Shown piece after piece: positions 17,616-27,103 of a stretch of 64,000 bases of DNA. Position numbers and translations under genes: made by a program. Numbering within the stretch: the stretch's first letter is position 1; the number at the start of each line of letters is the position of its first letter. The notes beneath the pieces were generated by a model. It had not been told where the DNA came from. It saw nothing but the letters and a program-made list of their open reading frames with translations, and did no database searches. Source of the stretch: Chlamydiia bacterium (lineage in GTDB: Bacteria > Chlamydiota > Chlamydiia > Chlamydiales > Rhabdochlamydiaceae); the NCBI GenBank assembly GCA_963804085.1, contig CAWDOQ010000002.1, positions 192,001-256,000 of the forward strand, written 5' to 3'.

Positions 17616-20600
17616 ATGAAACGACGCAGACCGCGCCGCAGCTCTTTAAAGTTACGAAAAAATCGCCTCTTCCAGTTTACGGTAGGGGGGCTGTTCATCT
17701 ATGTCCTCAATTTTAGCGTTCTCTTCGGTAAAGAAGAGATGCAGAACTACTCTGATATCGACCCGAAAGAATTAGAAGAGACGCCCCCGAAGAAGGCCGA
17801 TAATTACACGATCAACTTCAAGAACGTGGGGATCATCGAATACATCAAGTTCGTTAGCAAGATCTCTAATGCCAACTTTGTCTTCGACGAGGAGGAGCTC
17901 CAATTTAACGTCACGATTGTATCCGAAGAGCCGATCAGCACTAAAAACATCATGTCCGCGTTAATTCAAGTGCTACGCATCCACGGGCTCACTCTTTTGG
18001 AGCAGGACAACAACTTCATCATCACAAAAAATACGGCCGTTACGCAGATTCCTACGATCATCTCCTCCGATCACATGGATCCGCATGCAAAAACTGCGCC
18101 GATTGTGACGCGTATCTTTCGCATTAAAAATGCCAACTTAAACACTGTAGCTTCGATCATCCGTCCGATGGTCTCTTCTACTGCTCTCATCGAAGTGTCT
18201 AGCGAGACGAAGCAGCTCATCGTTACGGACATCTTGACAAACGTCGATAAGATCGCCTCTCTTCTTTTTAGCTTAGATGCGCCCCATACCTCCCTTGAAG
18301 TGGAAAGCTATACCGCCAAAAACATCGCTCCGGCTGAGCTTATTACCCTTGCCACTCAGATCATCACTCCTTTTGCAGACGGTAACACCCTCCTCTTCGT
18401 CCCTCAAGTAGACACCAACACTATTTACATCGTATCGACCGCTTATCTCATCGAAAGAGCGATGACAATCATGGAGGATCTAGATATCTCCTCCAAAATC
18501 ATACATCTTTCTGCAGAGAATGTTTTCGTCTATAAAATTCTGCAGCGCTCGGGTCAAGATTTAGAGGACTCTCTCTTTCAGATCGCAGATGATCTTAAAG
18601 CTTCGCCCGCACCTCCTCGTAAACTTGTGCTGGCTCTAGAAAGCGTCCGATGGATAAAAGATTCCAACTCTCTTCTCTTTGTCGGCGATAGCGACACGAT
18701 TACAAAAATAAAAGAGATCCTAGTCAATGTCGACACTGCGGTCTCCGCTGCCCCCGCAGAGGGAAATGCTTTTTATCTCTATAAACTCCAATTTGCATCG
18801 GGAGAAATAGTTTTAAAACAGTTAGAGAAAATCGCAGACCATCTTCCCAATGACGATGTGACCCATACAGGTGTTGTCAAGACGATCCGCAACATGAAGT
18901 GGATTAAGGAGAACAACTCTCTTCTAATCACCGGGCCCGCTTCTGCACTGGCAAAGATCCAGGATCTCGTGGCAGAATTTGATGTCGCCGGTGCCGGTGG
19001 TGGCGGAGTCCCTTCCGGAAAGTCCTCATTTGTTATTTACAAGCCCAAGAACCAGTCAGCCGAATCTATTCAACATTCACTCGAAAATATCACGACCGAC
19101 TTAAAAGAGTCTGGCCTGATCGATCCCGACCTTCTTCATACGCTCTCTACCGTGCGCTATGTGCCTGCGACAAACTCCCTTCTTTTGACCGGCACACCCG
19201 AGGCTTTAGATAAAGCGCAAGGCCTTCTAGAAACTATCGATGTTGTCGGCGCCCAAGGTGTTGCCATTCAGCATATCGGCAACCTTACCTTCTTAATCTA
19301 TAAATTAGAACATGTGCCTGCCGCACAGTTTATCAGTTCGATGAAGTCGGTCGCAGCAGAGCTCGACAAGTCCAATGTTTTAGACAAAGAACTCGGAAAA
19401 ACGATCGCTTCGATGAAGTGGATCAAAGAGACTAACTCGATCCTCTTCACGGGTACACCTCAATCCCTTGAAAGAATCGAAGAGCTCGCAAAAAAGTTTG
19501 ATTTCGCTACAGGAGCTGCGCGCGCAGCAGCTTCGCTCACTTACATCGTCTACACCCCCAAGTTCCAATCGGGAGAGGACCTGATCAACACCTTATGTAC
19601 CTTTGAGAACAACTTGTCCGAATCGGGGGTCTCCGATCAGGGGCTCTTCGATGCGATCAACAATTTGAAGTTTATGGAACAGACCGCATCCCTCATCATC
19701 TCGGGGGATGCCGAGTCGATTAAAAAGATCGAAGCACTTTTAGAGCGATTTGACGTACCCAGAAAAGGAGGCGGCGAACTCCCCTCCATCGAGACAATCG
19801 AAAACACCAGCTTCCTCGTCTACAAACTGCAGTACCACCAAGGTCAAGAGATCTTAACTGCTCTAAAACAGGTTTCGGGTGAGCTCGGGAGATCTCCCTC
19901 TCCTGCCACACAGAGCCTGGTCAACTCGATCAACTCACTCCAGTGGATCACTGTGACCAACTCTTTACTTGCCACAGGCGATCAAGAGGTACTGACAAAA
20001 CTAAAAGGGTTAATCGAGAATCTCGATGTGCCTTTAAGACAGGTCTTCATCGAAGTGCTCATCATCGAAACCAGCTTGGCTAATTTGCAAAACTTCGGCG
20101 TCCAGTGGGGAGGCCTTGCCAAATACAAAAACAAGCTCGCGATGAAAACGGGCAACTTCCCCGGCGCCAACCCCTTTTCAGCTTTTCCGACAAATCCAGG
20201 GATTGTACCTGGCTTAAATCGAGTGAATGCAACCACCTTCCCAAATCCTGCAACCGATATTCCCTTCTTGCAAGGATTTGATTTGGGCTCGATTGGCGAC
20301 ATCATCCTGCACAAGGGACAAACCTTCGTCAACTTAGGCGCTCTTGTCAATGCTTTGCAGTCTGACGCCGACACGACGATCCTGCTCAATCCCAAGATCA
20401 TCACGCAGGACAACAACAACTCGACCATCTTCGTTGGACAGAACATTCCCTACTTAGGCTCGCAACAAACGATCACGGGCGCTTCCAATTCGACCGCGAC
20501 CAACTTCGAATACCGCGATATCGGGATGAACCTGAGCATCACTCCGATGCTTGGAAATGGCGATATCATCACCCTCGAAATCTCTAACGACCTTAGCACC

Positions 20601-20987
20601 CGAATCAGTGCGTCTCTACAACAGCCCATTCCTGACGGCACCATTTTGACGACGCACACAAGCCTTAATACGCGCGTTCACGTCCCCAACGACCATTTCA
20701 TCATCTTGAGCGGGATGATCCAAGACACCAAGACACACTTTAAATCGGGCATCCCCTGTCTCGGCGGCCTTCCTGTCCTCGGAGTCTTCTTTAGTGAAAA
20801 CGACAGGAGCGATTCAAAAGACAACCTGGTGATCTTCCTGCGTCCTCACATCATCAACTCTTTCGAAGATTACAAAGCGCTCACTTCTCACCAAGAGAAG
20901 CTCTACAAAGAGCAAGCGACACTTCCCGCGCTGAAAGAGGATTTTGACGAAGCAATCAACCTCGTCAAACAACCCGAAAATGAATAA
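17616..20987 (+). CDS. cdsC: T3SS secretin CdsC (SctC), 1123 aa
   Basis: N0 domain YTINFKNV, repeated Secretin_N domains, LDVPLRQVFIEVLIIE, GIPCLGGLPVLG, LVIFLRPHII. Confidence 0.93.
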   Translation: MKRRRPRRSSLKLRKNRLFQFTVGGLFIYVLNFSVLFGKEEMQNYSDIDPKELEETPPKKADNYTINFKNVGIIEYIKFVSKISNANFVFDEEELQFNVTIVSEEPISTKNIMSALIQVLRIHGLTLLEQDNNFIITKNTAVTQIPTIISSDHMDPHAKTAPIVTRIFRIKNANLNTVASIIRPMVSSTALIEVSSETKQLIVTDILTNVDKIASLLFSLDAPHTSLEVESYTAKNIAPAELITLATQIITPFADGNTLLFVPQVDTNTIYIVSTAYLIERAMTIMEDLDISSKIIHLSAENVFVYKILQRSGQDLEDSLFQIADDLKASPAPPRKLVLALESVRWIKDSNSLLFVGDSDTITKIKEILVNVDTAVSAAPAEGNAFYLYKLQFASGEIVLKQLEKIADHLPNDDVTHTGVVKTIRNMKWIKENNSLLITGPASALAKIQDLVAEFDVAGAGGGGVPSGKSSFVIYKPKNQSAESIQHSLENITTDLKESGLIDPDLLHTLSTVRYVPATNSLLLTGTPEALDKAQGLLETIDVVGAQGVAIQHIGNLTFLIYKLEHVPAAQFISSMKSVAAELDKSNVLDKELGKTIASMKWIKETNSILFTGTPQSLERIEELAKKFDFATGAARAAASLTYIVYTPKFQSGEDLINTLCTFENNLSESGVSDQGLFDAINNLKFMEQTASLIISGDAESIKKIEALLERFDVPRKGGGELPSIETIENTSFLVYKLQYHQGQEILTALKQVSGELGRSPSPATQSLVNSINSLQWITVTNSLLATGDQEVLTKLKGLIENLDVPLRQVFIEVLIIETSLANLQNFGVQWGGLAKYKNKLAMKTGNFPGANPFSAFPTNPGIVPGLNRVNATTFPNPATDIPFLQGFDLGSIGDIILHKGQTFVNLGALVNALQSDADTTILLNPKIITQDNNNSTIFVGQNIPYLGSQQTITGASNSTATNFEYRDIGMNLSITPMLGNGDIITLEISNDLSTRISASLQQPIPDGTILTTHTSLNTRVHVPNDHFIILSGMIQDTKTHFKSGIPCLGGLPVLGVFFSENDRSDSKDNLVIFLRPHIINSFEDYKALTSHQEKLYKEQATLPALKEDFDEAINLVKQPENE

Positions 20988-21930
20988 GACCCTTTTTGCT
21001 GTTTCAATAATGGCAGGGGCGCTTACCTCCTGCTACCGCGTCCCCGACAAGATCGAACCGAAAATGAACTATGCGGTGCAGGACCGCTATCTTAAAAGCC
21101 TGCCCTCTCCCTTTCCCCCGCTTACAGAAGCTGAGAGAAGCACAGATTGGGGCAAGGAGTACCAGATTGGCTTTGGCTTTGCGCACGCACTCGACCTCTA
21201 CCAAGCGATCACAGCATTTAAGCGTGCCGAGATCTTAGCTCCTGTTGAGCTACAAGAAAGACGTCGCGAGATCCTCTACGAGATCCTCCTTTGCTACTAC
21301 CTAGGAAAGAAGTATGAGGATGTGATCAATACATTTGAAAATAGCGAGCTGCGCTTTGTAAACCAGAGCTTTACACCCTATCATGACCTGCTCCTCTTTC
21401 TATATGATAGCTACCGAGAAACGCACCAAGAGGAAAAAGCTGCTCGCATGATGGTCTTGATGCAAGAGAGTGCACCAGACACTGCTGACAAGCTCGATCT
21501 TTCAACCGCATTCATGGAGGGCGATGTCCAAAAACTAGACGAGCGCTCCAAAACTCGTCCGAACGAGGAGTACCTCTCCACCTTTCTTACCTCCTATGAG
21601 AACGAAAAGAAATCGATTGCAAAAGCCCAGACACTCAACGCCCTTCTTCCGGGTGCGGGATACCTCTACCTCGGCCAAAAAAAATCAGCTTTAACTGCCG
21701 TTCTTTTGAACGGACTCTTCATCGCCGCCACCGTCCACTTTTTCCAGCACGGTCATGTGGCAGCAGGGGCGATCTTTGCAAGCTTTGAAGCCGGCTGGTA
21801 CTTTGGAGGCATCTACGGAGCAGGCGAAGAGACCAAATTTTATAACGAGCGCCTTTTTGAAAGAAAAGCGACACCCATCATGAACAACCGCGGACTCTTC
21901 CCCGTCCTCATGCTCAACTATGCCTTTTGA
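20980..21930 (+). CDS. Conserved chlamydial TPR-like lipoprotein with C-terminal hydrophobic helices
   Basis: Lipobox LTSC, AITAFKRA TPR-like helix, LPGAGYLYLGQ motif. Confidence 0.75.
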   Translation: MNKTLFAVSIMAGALTSCYRVPDKIEPKMNYAVQDRYLKSLPSPFPPLTEAERSTDWGKEYQIGFGFAHALDLYQAITAFKRAEILAPVELQERRREILYEILLCYYLGKKYEDVINTFENSELRFVNQSFTPYHDLLLFLYDSYRETHQEEKAARMMVLMQESAPDTADKLDLSTAFMEGDVQKLDERSKTRPNEEYLSTFLTSYENEKKSIAKAQTLNALLPGAGYLYLGQKKSALTAVLLNGLFIAATVHFFQHGHVAAGAIFASFEAGWYFGGIYGAGEETKFYNERLFERKATPIMNNRGLFPVLMLNYAF

Positions 21931-22474
21931 GAAGATCAACCTCTTGTATGGAGTGCGGCGACTTGTCGCCGCTTTCAAAGACAGCGACTCGTCGCTGCTC
22001 TTGAAAAGCACCGTGACAAGTCCCGGTGGAGAAAAGCGGCGACAAGTCGCCGCACTCCACACAAGAGCGCGTCAAATATTGACAGGTTACCGTGTTTTTC
22101 GATGGTCACTTCTTCTTATCTTCTTTCCATTTTCCGCCTATGCACTACCAGGCTATGTCGAACCGTGGGGAAAAGATGCGGACCTTGCCGCCCCAAGAAA
22201 AGCGATCGAACAAAAAGCTGAGCCCTCGATCGCTGTACGCCTCGCAGAACAAGCGATTCTCTTTCATCAAAATGTGCTGACAAAAGTCGATGGCCCCCGC
22301 AGCCACTTCCGTCCCAGCTCATCCGCCTACATGCGACAAGCGATGCACAAACACGGCTTTTTCAAGGGCTTCATCATGGGCTGCGACCGCCTCCTGCGCG
22401 AAAACGACGCCCCCTGGGTCTACCGCACCATAGAAGTCGACGGCAAGCTCTTCAAATACGACCCTCCGCACTAA
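21920..22474 (+). CDS. yidD: Membrane protein insertion efficiency factor YidD-like (start uncertain)
   Basis: FRPSSSAYMRQAMHKHGFFKGFIMGCDRLLREN. Confidence 0.8.
   Translation: MPFEKINLLYGVRRLVAAFKDSDSSLLLKSTVTSPGGEKRRQVAALHTRARQILTGYRVFRWSLLLIFFPFSAYALPGYVEPWGKDADLAAPRKAIEQKAEPSIAVRLAEQAILFHQNVLTKVDGPRSHFRPSSSAYMRQAMHKHGFFKGFIMGCDRLLRENDAPWVYRTIEVDGKLFKYDPPH
21941..22067. repeat. REP-like palindromic element
   Basis: 35-bp inverted repeat with one mismatch (21941-21975 / 22033-22067) and internal hairpins; half copy at ~22496-22510. Confidence 0.85.
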
Positions 22475-22663
22475 AGCAAGCCTCGATCCTTCTTATGTGG
22501 AGTGCGGCAACGCAGCACCCCAAATGAATACGCCTACACACTAAAATTTTTAATACACCGCCTGCAGCGCTGAGATTGAATTATATAATATTATTTAATA
22601 ATTGATTTGTTTGATTAATAATGTTAAATTTTAATCTCAATTTAATTTAAAACGAGGTTGTTT

Positions 22664-23563
22664 ATGACACAAGCCGCAGGATCTACTGCAGTGAGCCGCT
22701 TTTTGGCCACGCCTCTATTAAAAAATGGTGTGGTTCCTTTTTTGGAAGCGAAGCCGCTGCCAAAAAAACAGGATCCACTTTGGGGATTTAATGAGGGGTG
22801 TGTACCAGATGCGATGCTGCCTGTTTTAGATAGGACACATGCTTTGACAGAGCGACTGTACGCTCTTCTTCCCTTGTCAGTTGTATCAAAAGCTTTTAAG
22901 GGGGAATCTGAAAACGCAAGAAAAGAGCTAAGAGAGCGCATTGTTGTAGAGATCACCCTCATTCATGAAGGCAGCCGTGGTTCTAAAGTTCTCAGACATC
23001 TGGTCGATGCTGGCGGCTATCTTAGAGCTTTGCGCGTCTACTTCTTTGTAAAGCCGCAGGCTTTGCACAACTTTGTCTCGGATAAGAAGCAGCAAGAAGG
23101 ATTTACTCGAAACATTTTACACAATGCCGCTGCTCCCGATTACGGATATGGTCGGTTATCAGAACCCTTTGTCGCTTTTGTCCTGGCTACGGATCTTCAG
23201 CATAATTTGGGCCTTTCGAAACAACAGGATTCCAATCAACGCACTCCTCTAGAACATTGCAGAAAACGCATAGAATTACACCGTGATGCTCCAGAGGGAT
23301 TAGCCATCTTTCAGCGAATAGAGCAGAAGCTTATAGAGCATGAAGCTAGAATTGTGCCGACTCCCATTTTACCGCCTGCACCAAAAGCCCAGCCATTTGC
23401 GCTTCCGGCTCTTGAGCTCCCCGCATCGCCGCCTGCTTTAGCCGAACCTCTTCCTGCTCCTGTTGCTAAAGAAGAGCAATCGCCTTCTCTACTCTGCCAG
23501 TTCTGCTCGGCATGTTATGATGCGTTTGCTCGTCTGTTCAACTGGATAAGAAACTTGATCTAA
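22664..23563 (+). CDS. Candidate effector with F-box-like and ankyrin-like motifs
   Basis: GAGG RBS; VPDAMLPVL...LLPLSVVSKAF; NILHNAA...DSNQRTPLEHC; Pro-rich linker; Cys-rich amphipathic C-terminus. Confidence 0.6.
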   Translation: MTQAAGSTAVSRFLATPLLKNGVVPFLEAKPLPKKQDPLWGFNEGCVPDAMLPVLDRTHALTERLYALLPLSVVSKAFKGESENARKELRERIVVEITLIHEGSRGSKVLRHLVDAGGYLRALRVYFFVKPQALHNFVSDKKQQEGFTRNILHNAAAPDYGYGRLSEPFVAFVLATDLQHNLGLSKQQDSNQRTPLEHCRKRIELHRDAPEGLAIFQRIEQKLIEHEARIVPTPILPPAPKAQPFALPALELPASPPALAEPLPAPVAKEEQSPSLLCQFCSACYDAFARLFNWIRNLI

Positions 23564-25398
23564 CGAGCGCGAAGGGCGTTTAAGATGACGGCAACGTCGA
23601 TGATCTCTTGAAGGAGCGCGCCGATGGGAGGCGAGATGTGCCCGAGCGCTGCGATGACCATTAGGACTGTGCTAAGCCCGATGCCGATCCATATGCCCTG
23701 CTTGGCGATGAAAAGCATGCGCTGGCCGATGTAAACTGCATCGGCGATTTTGCCGACATTATCCACAATCAGAACCACATCCGCCGCCTCCGCTGAAATA
23801 GCACTCCCTTGCGCTCCCATCGCAACCCCCACCGTTGCGGATGCAAGCGCCGGCGCATCGTTGATCCCATCCCCTACCATCATTGTCAGGTACTTTTTTT
23901 CCGTCTCTTTAACAATTTCGACCTTCTGCTCCGGAAGCAGTTCTGCCTTAAAATCTGCGATTCCCGCTTGTTTTGCGACCACTTCCGTGTTGCGGGTATT
24001 ATCTCCCGTGATCATCATGATCTCCTCTATTTTTAAGGAGTGCAAGCGCCTGACCATGTGGGGAACCTCTTTGCGCATTTTGTCTGTGAGGACAATCATT
24101 CCTGATAGTTGATTACCAATGCCCACAAAGACCAGAAGTTTCCCCTCTTTTCTTGTCTGATCGATGAGCCCTTGCTGTTTTTCGAAAATCCCTTCTCCCA
24201 ACTTCTGTTCAAGAAGGGGTTCAGATCCGACGACAATCTGTTCATGATCCACTACCCCTTCCGCTCCACGTCCCGGAATCTCCCGAAACTCTTTGGGAAA
24301 CTCCAGTTTTCCCGAAGACTTTGCGTGACGAAAGATCGCCTGTGCAACCGAATGCGAAGAGAGCTGTTCAATGCACGCTGCTTTGTAGAGAAGTGCTTCT
24401 TGAGATGTATCCCCAAACGAGATCACCTGATCCACAAAAGGCATTCCATAGGTGATCGTTCCGGTTTTATCGAAGAGAGCGGCTTTTATTTTTCCGATCT
24501 GCTCAAGAGGAGCTCCCCCTTTGAATATGATACCCTCTTGAGCTGCTCGATTGATCCCACTAAGAACAGCGATGGGCGTCGCAAGAATTAAGGGACACGG
24601 CGTTGCGACGACAAGCACGGCAAGTATCGTCGTGGGATCTTGTGTTATCACCCATCCCAAAAAGCTGATGACGATGACAAGCGGCGTAAAGTAAACAGCG
24701 TAACGATCCGCTAATCTCTGGATGGGAGCTTTTTCTGCTTGAGCTGCTTGAACAAGACGTACGATTTTTGCGTACTGGCTCTCCTCGCTGATCTTGTCGG
24801 CTCGCATGTTGAATGCACCATCCAGGTCGATCGTACCGCTGAGCACTTTGGATCCGACTATCTTGTGGCGGGCAAGCGGCTCTCCCGTCATCGAAGACTC
24901 ATCGATCTCAGACTCTCCTTCGATGATCGTTCCATCGACCGGAATAAAATCTCCTGTTCGAACAACAAGAATGTCCCCTACTTTGATCTGTCCGACATCG
25001 ATCTCTTCAATCTTACCATCATCTTTGCGATGCGCAGTGCGCGGTGCGCGCGCAAGTAGTGCAGTGAGAGACGATGAGGCGCGCCTAAAACCATATTTTT
25101 CGATCGCCTCGCCTCCCGATTGCATGAGGACGACGATAGCGCCGGCAAAAGCCTGATCCATCAGAACTGCCGTAATAATGGCCAGCATGGCAACGATGTC
25201 GGCCGCGAACTGCCCGCGAAACATCCCCTTCACAGTGCTCCAGACGATGGGAGAGCCACCGCCGATGAGCGTGAGATACCAGACTATATGAGCTATCTCA
25301 ACTTTGCTAAATGCAAAGAAGAGCACACCCACCATCAAACCGACAAACGCAAATAGCGGAAGCGCATTACCGCGAAGAAATTTGATCTTGTGCATCAC
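23560..25398 (-). CDS. Heavy-metal P1B-type ATPase (P1B-5-like)
   Basis: TGE, TPCP, DKTGT, GDGINDAPALA, QEIID. Confidence 0.92.
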   Translation of the reverse strand: MMHKIKFLRGNALPLFAFVGLMVGVLFFAFSKVEIAHIVWYLTLIGGGSPIVWSTVKGMFRGQFAADIVAMLAIITAVLMDQAFAGAIVVLMQSGGEAIEKYGFRRASSSLTALLARAPRTAHRKDDGKIEEIDVGQIKVGDILVVRTGDFIPVDGTIIEGESEIDESSMTGEPLARHKIVGSKVLSGTIDLDGAFNMRADKISEESQYAKIVRLVQAAQAEKAPIQRLADRYAVYFTPLVIVISFLGWVITQDPTTILAVLVVATPCPLILATPIAVLSGINRAAQEGIIFKGGAPLEQIGKIKAALFDKTGTITYGMPFVDQVISFGDTSQEALLYKAACIEQLSSHSVAQAIFRHAKSSGKLEFPKEFREIPGRGAEGVVDHEQIVVGSEPLLEQKLGEGIFEKQQGLIDQTRKEGKLLVFVGIGNQLSGMIVLTDKMRKEVPHMVRRLHSLKIEEIMMITGDNTRNTEVVAKQAGIADFKAELLPEQKVEIVKETEKKYLTMMVGDGINDAPALASATVGVAMGAQGSAISAEAADVVLIVDNVGKIADAVYIGQRMLFIAKQGIWIGIGLSTVLMVIAALGHISPPIGALLQEIIDVAVILNALRAR

Positions 25399-25457
25399 TT
25401 GCGGAACATAACAGACCCTTGCTAAATCGGCAAAGCTCTAGAAGATAAGAAAAGAGG

Positions 25458-25558
25458 AAGAGTTAAAACAGGATGGCAGGATAAGCAGGATGAAGAAAGA
25501 TATTTTAACTCTTTTTCTTTCTTATCCTGTTTATCCTGCCCATCCTGTTGTAACTCTT
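25458..25558. repeat. Palindromic element with CAGGAT units at 8-9-nt spacing
   Basis: aagagttaaaacaggatggcaggataagcaggatgaagaaaga / tctttcttatcctgtttatcctgcccatcctgttgtaactctt. Confidence 0.8.
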
Positions 25559-25576
25559 TTTCCTTCTTAAAAAGAT

Positions 25577-26971
25577 TTACCCTTCGTGTATGGATTCTTC
25601 TAGGACTTCGTCGAGTTCGTCGTCGGAGACGAAGGTGGCGGGGGCGGGTTTGGGTTCGGATTGTTCAACTTTCTCGCGTCTGCCCTTCAGTGAGAAGATA
25701 AGCGGGACGCCTTTAAAGCCGTAGGTTTTGCGGAACTGGTTAATCAGATACTTTTTGTAGGTGTCGACCATCAGTTCGGGATAGTTGACGAAGAGGACAA
25801 AGTGGGGAGGCGCGATAGAGACTTGCGCCATGTAGTAGACGCGTAGGCGTTTTCCCTGGATCATCGGTGGGTGGTAGGCTTGCATCGCCTTCTCTAAGAA
25901 CTTGTTGAGCTGGCCGGTTGTGATGCGTAGCATCTGTCCCGCGTAGATCTCTTGGACGAGCGTAAAGAGGTTCTCTAAATTTCTACCTGTCTCGGCCGAT
26001 ACAAAGAGTGTCGGACAGTGAGCCAAGAAGGAGACGTCGTATTGCAGGCTCTTTAAGCAGTGCTCCATACGGAAGCCTTTGACTAGATCCCACTTGTTAA
26101 AAAGTATGAGGCAGCCTTTTCCGGCGGCTTCAATTTGCGCAGCAATTCTCTTCTCTTGTGCGGTCATCCCTTCGACTGCATCGATTAAAAGCACGCAGAC
26201 ATCAGCGCGCTCAATCGCACGCTCGGTGCGGATATAGGCAAATTTATCTACAACCTCATGCTCGGCACGTTTACGCCGAATACCGGCTGTGTCGATGAGC
26301 GTGAAAGGTGTGCCGTCTACTGTTATCGGGATGTCGATGCTATCGCGTGTTGTCCCTGCAATGGGGCTTACCACGCAGCGGTCTTCCTGTAGCAAGTAGT
26401 TGACGAGGGTTGATTTTCCGACGTTAGGTCTTCCGACAATGGCGATATGAATACCCGGGCTTCTTGGCTCTTCCTCTTCGAAAGAAACTCCTTCGAATGC
26501 CATTTCTAAAAGCTCTGCGATCTGAAAGTTTTGTGTCGCAGAAACGGGGACCATGCGCGAGATGCCCAAACTGCAAAAGGGGTACATGCGATCGACATGC
26601 GCATGCTCTTCGATCTTGTTTACGGCAAGACAGACCGGCTTTTTAGTGCGCAAAAGTATCTTTGCCACGCGCTCATCTAATGAAGTCACACCTACTTGAG
26701 CGTCAACCACCATGACCAGCACATCCGCCTCAATAATCGCGATCTCTGCCTGGCGGCGTATCTCCTCTTGAAAGGGGAGCTTGGACTGGGCATCGATCCC
26801 GCCCGTGTCTACCACCTCAAAGGGCTGACCAAAAAAGTCTGCTTTTGCATAGAGGCGATCGCGGGTTATACCCTCTGCCTCATCGACAATAGCAATCTTT
26901 TTTTTACAGATGCAGTTAAAGAGCGCCGACTTGCCCACATTGGGGCGGCCGACCAAAGCTAATTTCTTCAT
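25577..26971 (-). CDS. der: Ribosome biogenesis GTPase Der (EngA)
   Basis: Two GRPNVGKS G-domains, DTGG/DTAG, KH-like C-terminus. Confidence 0.97.
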   Translation of the reverse strand: MKKLALVGRPNVGKSALFNCICKKKIAIVDEAEGITRDRLYAKADFFGQPFEVVDTGGIDAQSKLPFQEEIRRQAEIAIIEADVLVMVVDAQVGVTSLDERVAKILLRTKKPVCLAVNKIEEHAHVDRMYPFCSLGISRMVPVSATQNFQIAELLEMAFEGVSFEEEEPRSPGIHIAIVGRPNVGKSTLVNYLLQEDRCVVSPIAGTTRDSIDIPITVDGTPFTLIDTAGIRRKRAEHEVVDKFAYIRTERAIERADVCVLLIDAVEGMTAQEKRIAAQIEAAGKGCLILFNKWDLVKGFRMEHCLKSLQYDVSFLAHCPTLFVSAETGRNLENLFTLVQEIYAGQMLRITTGQLNKFLEKAMQAYHPPMIQGKRLRVYYMAQVSIAPPHFVLFVNYPELMVDTYKKYLINQFRKTYGFKGVPLIFSLKGRREKVEQSEPKPAPATFVSDDELDEVLEESIHEG

Positions 26972-27103
26972 GTTCGAGCGATTATAAAAGCGACCCTCTT
27001 AAATCTAAAGCAAATCTTTCATTATAAACTTTATTTTATTTTCCACTTAATTATTGAAATTATGCTATTATTGATCCCACTTAAGACAAAAATTGAGGAA
27101 AAC

